Below, in pieces: positions 31,491 through 40,905 of a DNA stretch of 64,000 nucleotides (position 1 is its first letter; each line of letters starts with the position of its first letter). A program made the position numbers and the translations under genes. The stretch comes from Candidatus Lustribacter sp. Lineage in GTDB: Bacteria > Vulcanimicrobiota > Vulcanimicrobiia > Vulcanimicrobiales > Vulcanimicrobiaceae. The stretch is from contig OZ255842.1 of the NCBI GenBank assembly GCA_965277805.1, forward strand, positions 4,288,001-4,352,000, given 5' to 3'. The notes beneath the pieces are model-generated. The model saw nothing but the letters and a program-made list of their open reading frames with translations, had not been told where the DNA came from and did no database searches.

Positions 31491-33101
31491 TTAAGCGATC
31501 TTCATCTCGCGCGAGACGGCCGAAGCCAGCAACGTCTTGTACCCGACAGCCGGGAATAAAACGGTTACGAGGTCCTTCTCGGCGCGTTCGACCGTGCCTT
31601 GCCCGAATTTTGTATGATAGACGACATCGGCGATGCCGTAGCCGGAGAGCGCATGGTCGCGTCGGCCCTGCAAACAGTTCTCGCACGCGCCGCACGAGTC
31701 GGCGGTGAAGTTCTCACCGAAGTAGTTCAGGATGAAGCGCCGGCGGCATGACGTCGTCTCCGCATATTGCAGCATCATCGCGAGCTTGGATTGATCGTAG
31801 CGCTTCTTGGTCTCGTAGTTGGCGAGATCGAGCACCGCTTCTACGCTCGCATGCTTGGCCAAGATGTACTTCGCCCGCGACGAGGCTTCGATGAAGCCGG
31901 CTTTCTTGAGCAGTGCGAGGACGACTTTGAGCTTGGTCAGCGGCAACTGCGTGATCTTGCGCAAGTCGGTGAGCGAGACGCCGCCCTCTTGAGTGCCGAA
32001 AATTTCGAGCGTGCCGAAAACGCGCTGCACTTCCTCGATATCGGGATACTTGCCGGTGAGGAAGTAGTTCTGCACGCGCGTGTCGCTCATCCGGTAGACG
32101 AGGATGCACTTCGACGGCTTGCCGTCGCGACCGGCGCGGCCCGCCTCCTGCGTGTAGGCTTCGATCGAACCCGGCAGATCGTAGTGGACGACGAAACGGA
32201 TGTTCGGCTTGTCGATGCCGAGGCCGAACGCATTGGTCGCAACGACCGCCTTGATCGCTTCTTGCATGAACAGTTCGTGCACCGCGATGCGATCGTGCTT
32301 CTGCAACTTCGAATGATAGACGGCGGCCGGGATGTCGAGCTGCTCTTGCAGATATTTCTGCACTTCGAGCGCGTTCTTGATCGTGGCGGTGTAAATGATC
32401 CCGGTGCCTTCGAGATCGTTGTTCTCGAACAGGGCCTTGATCGCGCGCAGCTTGCCCGCTTCGTTTTCCGCCCGGCGCACGCTATAGATCAAGTTGGGAC
32501 GGTCGAATCCGCGCACGATCGGTTTCACGTCGGGCACGCCCAGTTGCGTGAGGATGTCTTCGCGCACCGCCGGCGTGGCGGTTGCGGTCAGCGCAAGAAC
32601 CGTCGGCTTGCCGAGCGCCGCGATCACGCGGCCGAGGTTGAGGTAGGCCGGACGGAAGTCGTGACCCCACTGGCTGATGCAGTGCGCTTCGTCGATCACG
32701 AACAGCGGCACGGTCAGCTTCTGTAGAATCGCGACGAACGCGTCGTCCTCGAGCTTCTCGGGCGTGACGAAGACGATCTTCATGGCGCCTGAGGCGATGC
32801 GCGCGATGCCGGCCGCTTCCTGATCTTCGGTCAAGGTTGAATTCAGCGCGACGGTCTCGTGGACGCCGTGCGATGCGAGCATGTCGATCTGATCTTTCAT
32901 CAGAGCGATCAGCGGCGATACGATGACGGTGGTGCCGGGCAGCATCAGCGCCGGCAATTGATAGCACAGCGACTTTCCGGCACCGGTGGCCAGAATGGCC
33001 AGCGTATCCTCGCCTGCCAAGACGCGGTTGATAACTTCTTCTTGGCCGGGGTTGAAAGTCTCGTATCCGAAACGCTCGCGTAGCGCAGCGTAGAGTTCCA
33101 C
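31491..33101 (-). CDS. recQ: RecQ family DNA helicase with C-terminal Tudor/SH3-like domain
   Basis: GTG 33101 with GGGAGAGG upstream; TGAGKSLCYQLP, DEAHCISQWGHDFRP, QEAGRAGRDG, CRR...CGACENC. Confidence 0.93.
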   Translation of the reverse strand: MELYAALRERFGYETFNPGQEEVINRVLAGEDTLAILATGAGKSLCYQLPALMLPGTTVIVSPLIALMKDQIDMLASHGVHETVALNSTLTEDQEAAGIARIASGAMKIVFVTPEKLEDDAFVAILQKLTVPLFVIDEAHCISQWGHDFRPAYLNLGRVIAALGKPTVLALTATATPAVREDILTQLGVPDVKPIVRGFDRPNLIYSVRRAENEAGKLRAIKALFENNDLEGTGIIYTATIKNALEVQKYLQEQLDIPAAVYHSKLQKHDRIAVHELFMQEAIKAVVATNAFGLGIDKPNIRFVVHYDLPGSIEAYTQEAGRAGRDGKPSKCILVYRMSDTRVQNYFLTGKYPDIEEVQRVFGTLEIFGTQEGGVSLTDLRKITQLPLTKLKVVLALLKKAGFIEASSRAKYILAKHASVEAVLDLANYETKKRYDQSKLAMMLQYAETTSCRRRFILNYFGENFTADSCGACENCLQGRRDHALSGYGIADVVYHTKFGQGTVERAEKDLVTVLFPAVGYKTLLASAVSREMKIA

Positions 33102-33266
33102 TGGGCCTCTCCCACACGATGATGACGGGGCGACGCTTGAAGCCCCCTGCCTAAAGGGGGCGCAAAACATAGCCGAGTCAGACGGTCACGGTATTCCCCT
33201 ACCCGCTACCGTCTAAACGGTTACATAGGCCGGGATGGACCAGCTCGGGTCCGAACCCTCCGACGA

Positions 33267-34910
33267 GTGTCCCTCTATCGTACCTGGCGTCCCCTAACCT
33301 TCGCTCACCTGGTCGGTCAGGATGCCGTCGTGCGCACGCTCACAACGGCGATTGAAACGGGCAGGCTCGCGCACGCCTATCTGTTCTCCGGACCCCGCGG
33401 TTCGGGCAAGACCTCGGCCGCCAAGATCCTCGCCCGCTGCATCGAGTGTGAGATCGGCCCGACCGCCACGCCCGACAACACGTGCGCCAACTGCATCGCG
33501 ATCCTCGAGGGCACCGCGTTCGACGTGATCGAGATCGATGCCGCATCGAACCGCGGAATCGACGAGATCCGCGCGCTGCGTGACGCAGTGAAGTTCCCGC
33601 CGTCGGTAATGCGTTCGAAAGTCTACATCATCGACGAAGCGCACATGCTCACCAAAGAGGGCGCGAACGCGTTTCTCAAAACGCTCGAAGAGCCGCCGCC
33701 GCACGTCACGTTCATTCTCGCGACGACGTCGCCCGAATCGTTGCCGCCGACGATTCTTTCGCGCTGTCAGCGCTACGCGTTTCGCCGCATCTCGATCGAA
33801 GTGATGATCGCGCGCATGCGCGAGATCGCGGACGCCGAGGGCATCCAGATCGACGACGGCGCGCTGGGCGCGATCGCATACCGCGCCGACGGCGGATTGC
33901 GCGACGCGTTGACGATGCTCGAGCAAGTCGCCGCCTTCGGCGCCGGACACGTCGACGTCAAGACCGTGAACGACGCGTTCGGCCAAACCGGACGGGCGTT
34001 TGCGCTCGCGCTGCGCGATCAATCGCTGGCCGGCGATGCCGCCGCCGCACTGCACACGATCGACGATGCGAGCGATGCGGGCACCGACATGCCGGGCTTG
34101 ATCCGTGCGCTGATCGCGGAATTCCGCCACCTGCTGGTGGCGCGCGTCAATCCGGAATTGCTCGCGCGCGATCTCGCGGCCGACGACGCCGCCGCCGCGC
34201 AAGAGCGCGCGCAGACGGTCTCACAAGCGCGGCTCGTGCGCGCGCTGCGGCTGTTCGGCGATGCGCTCGCGGCCGCGCGCACCTCGGGCAACGCGCGCCT
34301 CGAACTCGAGACCGCGATGCTGCGTTTCGTTTTGCAAACCGAAGACCCGACGTTGGAAGCACTGGCCGCGCGCGTGACGGCAATCGAAGGCGGCGCACCG
34401 GCACCGGCGCGTCCGGCAGCGGTGCCGTCGCCGCCGCCCCGCGCGGCTGCAATACCGGCGCCCGCGCCGGCTGCCAAGCCCGCCGCGAAACCCGTGGCCG
34501 CGCCGGCGGCGTCGCCGGCACCGGTACCGGCCGCCGCCCCTGCGCAGGCGCCGACCGTGTCGGGTCCGTTGACGACCGCGAAGCTGCGCTCGTTGTGGCA
34601 GAACGTGCGGGCGCGCGCGGAGAGCGAGAAGCCCTCGATGGCCGCCACGCTCAGCCGGGCCACGATCGAGTCCGTCACCGACGAGCTGATTACGCTGCGC
34701 ATGCCCGACACGACCGGGGGCGAAGCGCTCAAGCGCAGCCTCGATACGCTCGTGAAGGCGGTCGAGGGTGTTGTCGGACGGGCGATGCCCGTGCGCGTCG
34801 TGGTCGGCAGCCCCGCGCCGGTTGCAGCCAGCGATCCGGCAACGGACGGCGAATTCCCCGAAGAGCATCCCGACGACGTCGCGCGGTACGCGTTCGACCG
34901 GCTTCTCTGA
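33267..34910 (+). CDS. dnaX: DNA polymerase III subunit gamma/tau
   Basis: LYRTWRP, GPRGSGKT, EIDAASNRG, IDEAHML, SRC; Pro/Ala linker. Confidence 0.97.
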   Translation: MSLYRTWRPLTFAHLVGQDAVVRTLTTAIETGRLAHAYLFSGPRGSGKTSAAKILARCIECEIGPTATPDNTCANCIAILEGTAFDVIEIDAASNRGIDEIRALRDAVKFPPSVMRSKVYIIDEAHMLTKEGANAFLKTLEEPPPHVTFILATTSPESLPPTILSRCQRYAFRRISIEVMIARMREIADAEGIQIDDGALGAIAYRADGGLRDALTMLEQVAAFGAGHVDVKTVNDAFGQTGRAFALALRDQSLAGDAAAALHTIDDASDAGTDMPGLIRALIAEFRHLLVARVNPELLARDLAADDAAAAQERAQTVSQARLVRALRLFGDALAAARTSGNARLELETAMLRFVLQTEDPTLEALAARVTAIEGGAPAPARPAAVPSPPPRAAAIPAPAPAAKPAAKPVAAPAASPAPVPAAAPAQAPTVSGPLTTAKLRSLWQNVRARAESEKPSMAATLSRATIESVTDELITLRMPDTTGGEALKRSLDTLVKAVEGVVGRAMPVRVVVGSPAPVAASDPATDGEFPEEHPDDVARYAFDRLL

Positions 34911-34938
34911 TGCGCACCCGCTCACAAAGGACGAACTC

Positions 34939-35247
34939 GTGAATCAGGCCCAGATGATGCAGCAGCTCAAGAAGATGCAGCAAGAGATGGCGCGCGTGCA
35001 AGATGAACTCGCTAACGCGACGGTCGAAGGCAGCGCCGCCGGCGGCGTTGTGACGTGCGCGGTCAACGGCGAATTTCGCGTGACCAAGCTGACGATCAAG
35101 CCCGAAGCCGTCGATCCGGAAGACATCGAGACGCTCGAAGATCTGCTCGTCGTTGCGCTCAACGATGCGATCCTCAAAGCCAAAGCACTCAGCGAACAGA
35201 AGATGGGCAAACTGACCGGCGGCATGAAGATTCCCGGACTGATGTAG
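34939..35247 (+). CDS. ybaB: YbaB/EbfC nucleoid-associated protein
   Basis: GTG 34939 after AAAGGA; KMQQEM, GSAAGGVV, DPEDIETLEDL; between dnaX and recR. Confidence 0.95.
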   Translation: MNQAQMMQQLKKMQQEMARVQDELANATVEGSAAGGVVTCAVNGEFRVTKLTIKPEAVDPEDIETLEDLLVVALNDAILKAKALSEQKMGKLTGGMKIPGLM

Positions 35248-35852
35248 TGGCCAACGGCGTCGCCGGACCCGTTGCCGCTCTGATCAACGAATTCTCGAAG
35301 TTGCCGACGATCGGGCCGAAGACTGCGGCGCGGCTGGTTTTTCATTTGCTCAACAAGCCGCGGGCGGATGCGGAATCGCTGGCGGATGCGATCATTGCGC
35401 TCAAAGACCGGGTGCGGTTGTGTTCGTCGTGCTTTTCGATCACCGAAGAGGATCCGTGTTCGATTTGCAACGACTCGCGGCGCGACGCGCGCGTTTTGTG
35501 CGTTGTCGCGGAAGCGAAAGATATCTTCGCGCTCGAGCGCACGTCGGCGTACAACGGGCGCTATCACGTTCTGGGCGGGTTGATTTCGCCGATGGACGGG
35601 ATCGGGCCGGCGCAGCTGCGCGTCAAGGAACTCATCGAGCGCATCGGTTCCAACGGCTACGAAGAATTGATCGTCGCCACCAACCCCAACGCCGAGGGTG
35701 AAGCCACGGCGCTCTACCTCTCGCGCCTCGTCAATCCGCTCGGCGTGCTCGTCACGCGCCTCGCCTACGGTCTCCCGATCGGCGGCGACCTCGACTACGC
35801 CGACGAAGTCACCCTAGCCAAAGCCATCGAAGGCCGCCGCACCCTCGCCTAA
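35247..35852 (+). CDS. recR: Recombination mediator RecR
   Basis: GTG 35247; LPTIGPKTAARL, C4 zinc finger, YHVLGG, EGEATA, LDYAD. Confidence 0.97.
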   Translation: MANGVAGPVAALINEFSKLPTIGPKTAARLVFHLLNKPRADAESLADAIIALKDRVRLCSSCFSITEEDPCSICNDSRRDARVLCVVAEAKDIFALERTSAYNGRYHVLGGLISPMDGIGPAQLRVKELIERIGSNGYEELIVATNPNAEGEATALYLSRLVNPLGVLVTRLAYGLPIGGDLDYADEVTLAKAIEGRRTLA

Positions 35853-35873
35853 CCAACATCCCCCCGCGCCCGC

Positions 35874-35908
35874 TGTCATCCCGACCGGGCGCTCCGCGCG
35901 GGATGACA
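35874..35908. repeat. Palindrome TGTCATCCCG-N15-CGGGATGACA (REP-like or terminator)
   Basis: Perfect 10-bp arms 35874-35883 and 35899-35908, 21 nt after recR stop. Confidence 0.7.
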
Positions 35909-35971
35909 TACATAACAGAGCGGCGTTGCGACTTGACGGGATAGCTGTGGAGGGGCGTCACAGTACCCGAT

Positions 35972-36940
35972 ATGGATGACTCTTCGCCGGCCGGCGCGGG
36001 CCTTCCGCGGCCCATGTCGATCGGCGAGATTCTCGACCGCGCGATCTCGACGTATGTGCGCCGGTGTCTCCCGCTGTTCGTGATCCTCGCGATCGTGATC
36101 GTTCCCGTGACGCTGCTGCAACTTGCTGCATCGCCCGGCTTCTCGCACGTGAGCGATGTGTTCGCGGAGATGAATCGTTTGCCGGTGAGCGACACGATCG
36201 ATCGCAACCGCCTCATGGGCGAAGCGCTGCGCGGCATCAACGCCGGCTCAATTTTCGCGCTGTTCATCCTGTGGCCGGTCATCCTGTTTCCGCTCACGCG
36301 CAACGCCGTCTACACCTACGCCGACGGTGCGCTGGAAAACACGCCGGTTTCTATTGCCGCCGCGTATCGCGCTTCGTTCGCCCGCTGGTTCGCGCAGATC
36401 GTCGTGGTGATCGGCTATTTCGCCATCGCGTGCGCGATCGCCGTCGCGGTCTTTTTGGTATACGCCTTGATCCTCGTGGTCGTGTTCCTCGTGGCCGGCC
36501 GGGGCGCGGCAGCCGGAATTGCAATCGTCGTCGTCACGATTCCGTCGTTCCTCGCGTTCTTTCTCGGTTATGCGCTCTTGAACGTGGCATTCGAGCTTTC
36601 GGCCGTGAGCCTCGCGTTGGAAGCGAATAATCCGTTTCGCGCGATCGAGATCGGCTGGCGCCGCACATTCGACCGTGCATTGCGCCGTCGCACGGTCGGC
36701 GTTGCGCTCGCGTTCTCGGCGGTCGAGGTCGTCGGTTCGCTCGCGGTGGGTGCCGTGAGTTTGCTGTTGCAAGCGCTGACGCATCTCGCGTTGCTTGGCG
36801 CCCTCGTGTCGGCGATCGGGCAGATCGTGATTTCGGGCGTGCTCGGCGTGTTCATGGTCGCCTATGCGCGCGACGTGCGCCTGCGCCGTGAGGGCTACGA
36901 TTTGCTGCGCGCGGCGAGCGAGCCGGCAGCGGCAACGTGA
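35972..36940 (+). CDS. Integral membrane protein of the MoxR module
   Basis: RPMSIGEILDRA N-terminus, ~6 TM, RLRREGYDL C-terminus. Confidence 0.78.
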   Translation: MDDSSPAGAGLPRPMSIGEILDRAISTYVRRCLPLFVILAIVIVPVTLLQLAASPGFSHVSDVFAEMNRLPVSDTIDRNRLMGEALRGINAGSIFALFILWPVILFPLTRNAVYTYADGALENTPVSIAAAYRASFARWFAQIVVVIGYFAIACAIAVAVFLVYALILVVVFLVAGRGAAAGIAIVVVTIPSFLAFFLGYALLNVAFELSAVSLALEANNPFRAIEIGWRRTFDRALRRRTVGVALAFSAVEVVGSLAVGAVSLLLQALTHLALLGALVSAIGQIVISGVLGVFMVAYARDVRLRREGYDLLRAASEPAAAT

Positions 36941-37560
36941 GCGCCGGCTGGCCGGCCGGCGATCCGCGCGACGTCGCGCGTGCGATCGCGCACGAAGCGC
37001 GCTTTCGCGGCGACACGGCGCCCGCTGCCGCGGGGCCGACGCTGCTCGAGCGGTTGTTCGCCTGGATCGGCGACCGGCTCCACGACATCTTGCGCGGTAT
37101 CGATCACGTGCTCGGTCCGGCAAACGCGTTGAGCGGCGTGCTCGCGGTCGTGCTCATCTTGGCGGTGATCGGTGCCGCGATCGTGCTCGTGGTGCGCATC
37201 GCGCGCATTCGCGGCCGCGAACCGCGGCCGATGGCGGACGCGGCGATAACGGTGCTTGAGGCCGCGCTCACGAGTGCGCAATTGCTGGAACTTGCGCGGC
37301 GTTATGCGCACGAGGAACGCTGGCACGACGCGGCATCGGCGCTCGTGCGCGCAGCGCTGCTCGCGCTGGATGAAACGGGCCGGCTGCGCTACGACGCCGC
37401 GCGCACGGCGGGCGAAGCGCGGCGGCTGCTCGGCGATCCCGGCTTCGATGCGTTCGAGCGCGAGGCGACGGCGGCGCTCTTCGCGGCCGGAGCGGCTACC
37501 GCGGACCGCGTTGCGCGGCTGCGCGCGGCGTACGCGCAAACCTTCGGCGTGCCGGCGTGA
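36937..37560 (+). CDS. DUF4129-like membrane protein
   Basis: One TM; LLALDETGRLRYDAARTAGE pattern; coupled in operon. Confidence 0.72.
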   Translation: MSAGWPAGDPRDVARAIAHEARFRGDTAPAAAGPTLLERLFAWIGDRLHDILRGIDHVLGPANALSGVLAVVLILAVIGAAIVLVVRIARIRGREPRPMADAAITVLEAALTSAQLLELARRYAHEERWHDAASALVRAALLALDETGRLRYDAARTAGEARRLLGDPGFDAFEREATAALFAAGAATADRVARLRAAYAQTFGVPA

Positions 37561-38633
37561 TCGCATGGCTGCGCGTGCACCGCGGCGACGTGATCCGCGC
37601 GGCGCTGGCCGTTGCGGGGCTGATGCTGGTGGCGTTCTTGACCAAGCCGCCGCCGCAAGCCGAGCTCGACACTTATTCGGTCACCGATGCGCGCAGCGGC
37701 GGCTATGCCGCGTGGGAAGAGCTGTTGCAGCGCGAGGGTGTTGTGGTCGAGCGGTTCGACCGCCGTCCGGTCGAACTCGACGGCACGATCGATACGCTGA
37801 TCGATGCCTACAGCGTGGCGCCGTTGCCCGACGGCGTCCGTCTCGATGCCGATACGCGCGCACTCGCCGATTGGGTGGGCCGCGGCGGGCGCCTCGTGCT
37901 GATCGGCCGCAACGGCGCAACGGCCGCGCAAGAGACCAAGCTGCTGCAGCGTCCCGCCGAGCGCAGCGCAGGCGCTGCCGGCGGTCCGTTGCGCGCGCAG
38001 GCGTTCGGGGGCGCGGTCGAGCAGCTGGCGACGTTTTCGTCCGATCGTTTCGTGCGCGGGAAACCGGCCCCGCGCACGCGCGTGCTCTTGGCCGATGGCG
38101 GCGGCGCGTTGATCGTGCGCGTGGGGCTCGGGCGCGGCGCGATCCTCTACGTGAGCGATCCGCGTTTGTTCGCGAACGCGGCGCTCGCGCGCGATGACAA
38201 CGCGCGGCTGGCGTATCTGCTCGCGCGCCCGCGCGCACCCGGACGGATCGTGGCCTTCGACGAAGCGCTGCACGGCGCGCTGCACGAGCGCGGCTGGCTC
38301 GCCGCGTTGAGCGTTCCCGTTCGCGTGGCGCTGGCGGGCGCGGTGCTGACGATCCTGATCGCGCTGGCCGGCGGCGCGCTGCGGCTCGGACCGCCGGTTA
38401 CGCTGCGCGCGGTGCGCGAGCCGGCCTCGGATGAATTCATCGCGGCCGTGGCGGCGCTCTACGGGCGCGCGCACGCGCGGCGCGATGCGATCGCGCTGCT
38501 TGCCGCCGGCGCGGACGTGCCGGGCGAGACCGCAGTGCAATTGCGCCTGCTGCGCGAACGCCAGACGCCGAGCGACGCAGACCTGATTCGAAGCGCCGCG
38601 CTGGCGCAGGCGCTGCGAGGGGAGCACGGATGA
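37557..38633 (+). CDS. DUF4350-like membrane protein
   Basis: YS...SGGYAAW, WVGRGGRLV, LFANAAL, FDEALHG, RLGPP. Confidence 0.75.
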   Translation: MIAWLRVHRGDVIRAALAVAGLMLVAFLTKPPPQAELDTYSVTDARSGGYAAWEELLQREGVVVERFDRRPVELDGTIDTLIDAYSVAPLPDGVRLDADTRALADWVGRGGRLVLIGRNGATAAQETKLLQRPAERSAGAAGGPLRAQAFGGAVEQLATFSSDRFVRGKPAPRTRVLLADGGGALIVRVGLGRGAILYVSDPRLFANAALARDDNARLAYLLARPRAPGRIVAFDEALHGALHERGWLAALSVPVRVALAGAVLTILIALAGGALRLGPPVTLRAVREPASDEFIAAVAALYGRAHARRDAIALLAAGADVPGETAVQLRLLRERQTPSDADLIRSAALAQALRGEHG

Positions 38634-39583
38634 ACCCGGGGGCTACGGAACTTGCGCACCGCTTACGGGCGGGTCTCGCAAACGTCATCGCGGGCAACGA
38701 AGCGCCGACGTTCGCCGTCCTGGTCGCGCTGCTCGCGGGCGGCCATCTGCTGCTGGAAGGCGTGCCGGGCACCGCCAAAACGCTGATCGTACGTACGCTC
38801 GCGCGGCTGTTAAACGCCGGGTTTCGCCGCATTCAGTTCACGCCCGACCTGATGCCCTCGGACATCGCCGGCACGACCGTGTTCGATCCGGCCAGCGGAA
38901 CGTTCTCGTTCCGGCGCGGGCCGGTCTTCACCAACCTCGTGCTGGCCGACGAGATCAATCGCACGCCGGCGAAAACGCAGTCGGCCTTGCTCGAAGCGAT
39001 GGAAGAGCGCCAGGTGACGATCGACGGCGAGACCCATCCGATCGCCGCGCCGTTCTTCGTGTGCGCGACGCAGAACCCGATCGAGTTCGAAGGCACTTAT
39101 CCGCTGCCCGAAGCGCAGCTCGACCGCTTCATCGTGCGCGCGCGCACCGGCTATCCGAGCGAAGACCAAGAGCGCGCGCTGCTGGCGCGAACGGTTGCGG
39201 GTTTCGATGCGCACGATTTGGATACGGCCGGCATCGAGCCGGTCTGCGACGCGCACGAGATCATCGCGGCGCAGCGCGAGGTGCGGGCGACGCACGTCGA
39301 GCCGAACGTGCAGGCGTATATCCTCGCGCTGGCGATCGCAACGCGCACGGCGCGCGACGTCTCGCTCGGCGCGAGCCCGCGCGGTGCACTGGCACTGCTC
39401 GCGACCGCGCAAGCCGCCGCGGTGATCGACGGCCGCGTGTTCGTCACGCCCGACGACGTCAAAGCGGTCGCGCCGCTCGCGCTCGCGCACCGCATCATCG
39501 TGCGCCCCGAGGCGGAACTCGAAGGCGTGAACGCCGACGCGATCGTGACGCGTATTCTGGCCGGGGTTCCCGCGCCGACGTGA
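38630..39583 (+). CDS. moxR: MoxR family AAA+ ATPase
   Basis: LLEGVPGTAKT, RIQFTPDLMPSD, LADEINR, ATQNPIE, LPEAQLDRF. Confidence 0.96.
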   Translation: MNPGATELAHRLRAGLANVIAGNEAPTFAVLVALLAGGHLLLEGVPGTAKTLIVRTLARLLNAGFRRIQFTPDLMPSDIAGTTVFDPASGTFSFRRGPVFTNLVLADEINRTPAKTQSALLEAMEERQVTIDGETHPIAAPFFVCATQNPIEFEGTYPLPEAQLDRFIVRARTGYPSEDQERALLARTVAGFDAHDLDTAGIEPVCDAHEIIAAQREVRATHVEPNVQAYILALAIATRTARDVSLGASPRGALALLATAQAAAVIDGRVFVTPDDVKAVAPLALAHRIIVRPEAELEGVNADAIVTRILAGVPAPT

Positions 39584-40905
39584 TGCGCGTTCGTCCGGGC
39601 GCGTGGCTCGGACCGCGCGCAATCGCGCCCGCGCTCGCGCTCTCGATCGCGGCGGGGCTGCTCGCGCGCACGTATCCATGGGCACCGGTCGTCGCCGTGC
39701 TGGCGGCGGCGTTCGTTCTCGCCTGCGTGCTGGATGCGCGCGCCAGCAGCGGGATGTTGCGCTGGCGGCGGATCGCACCCGAACGTTACGCGCTCGCGCG
39801 CGCCGATGCGTTTCGCTACGAGCTGGAAAATCACGCGACGCTGCCGCTGCGCGTCGGGATCGTGGAAGCGCCGGTGGCGAAGCTCGCCGTCGCGCTCGCT
39901 CCGGCGCAGGTGCTGGTTCCCGCGCGCAGCCGCACCGTCGCCGAAGTGGCGTTCGTGCCGCGCGAACGCGGCCGGACGGCGCTCGGCGATTCGTACGCCT
40001 GGTATGAATCGTCGTTCGGTTTGGTGCGTCACCGCGTGCGGCTCGCCGGAGCGCAGCCGATCCGCGTGCTGCCGGATTTGAGCGCCCTCGACGGCTCGGA
40101 AGATCTCGCGCTGCGCGCGCGTTTGATCGACGCCGGATTACGGCGCCTGCGGCGGCGCGGCGCCGGTACGGAATTCGAGAGCTTGCGCGAGTACGGTACG
40201 GGCGATGCGTTTCGCGACATCGATTGGAAAGCGACCGCGCGCCGCGGCCGCGTGATGGTCGCGCAGCACGAAGTCGAACGCAGCCAGCAAGTGATCGTGG
40301 CGATCGATGCCGGGCGCCTGATGGCGGCGCGGCTCGGCGACCGGCGCAAGCTCGACTATGCGGTGTCGGCAGCGCTGGGCATCGCGGCGCTCGCGCGGCG
40401 CGCCGCCGATCGCGTCGGGGTACACGCGTTCGCCGGACGCACGCTCGCCGCCGTCGCGCCGGCGAACGGCAACGCGCAAGCCGCCGCAATCGTCGAAGCG
40501 CTGGCCGACATCGAACCGCAAGCCGAAGAGTCCGATTACGAACGCGCGGCGCTCACGTTGCGCACGAGCTATCGCAAGCGCAGCCTGGTCGTGGTGTTCA
40601 CCGATCTCTTCGATCCGGTCGCCTCGGCGACGGTGCTGGCGGCATTGGCGCTGCTCGTGCGCACGCATCTGGTGCTCGTCGCGCTGGTGAACGACGCCGC
40701 GATCGCCGACGCGCTGGCCGCCGAACCGCTCGATGCGAACGCCGCCTATCGTGCCGCCGTCGCGACCGCGCTCGCGGCCGAACGCGCGCGCGCCGTGGCG
40801 AAATTGCGCGCGACCGGCATGCTCGTCGTCGACGTTCCCGCGCGCGACCTGCGCTTGGCGCTGCTGGACGCCTACCTGGATATCAAGACGCGCGGTTTGT
40901 TGTAG
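39583..40905 (+). CDS. DUF58 / VWA-like protein
   Basis: ATG 39583; EFESLREY, IDWKATAR, IDAGRLM, VFTD. Confidence 0.9.
   Translation: MRVRPGAWLGPRAIAPALALSIAAGLLARTYPWAPVVAVLAAAFVLACVLDARASSGMLRWRRIAPERYALARADAFRYELENHATLPLRVGIVEAPVAKLAVALAPAQVLVPARSRTVAEVAFVPRERGRTALGDSYAWYESSFGLVRHRVRLAGAQPIRVLPDLSALDGSEDLALRARLIDAGLRRLRRRGAGTEFESLREYGTGDAFRDIDWKATARRGRVMVAQHEVERSQQVIVAIDAGRLMAARLGDRRKLDYAVSAALGIAALARRAADRVGVHAFAGRTLAAVAPANGNAQAAAIVEALADIEPQAEESDYERAALTLRTSYRKRSLVVVFTDLFDPVASATVLAALALLVRTHLVLVALVNDAAIADALAAEPLDANAAYRAAVATALAAERARAVAKLRATGMLVVDVPARDLRLALLDAYLDIKTRGLL

Noticed and set aside
33102-33266. SRP RNA in its usual Firmicute position upstream of dnaX
   Set aside because: The conserved domain IV motif with its GNRA tetraloop was not found on either strand
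33267-34910. dnaX programmed frameshift or slippage site
   Set aside because: No A-AAA-AAG heptamer or long T run seen
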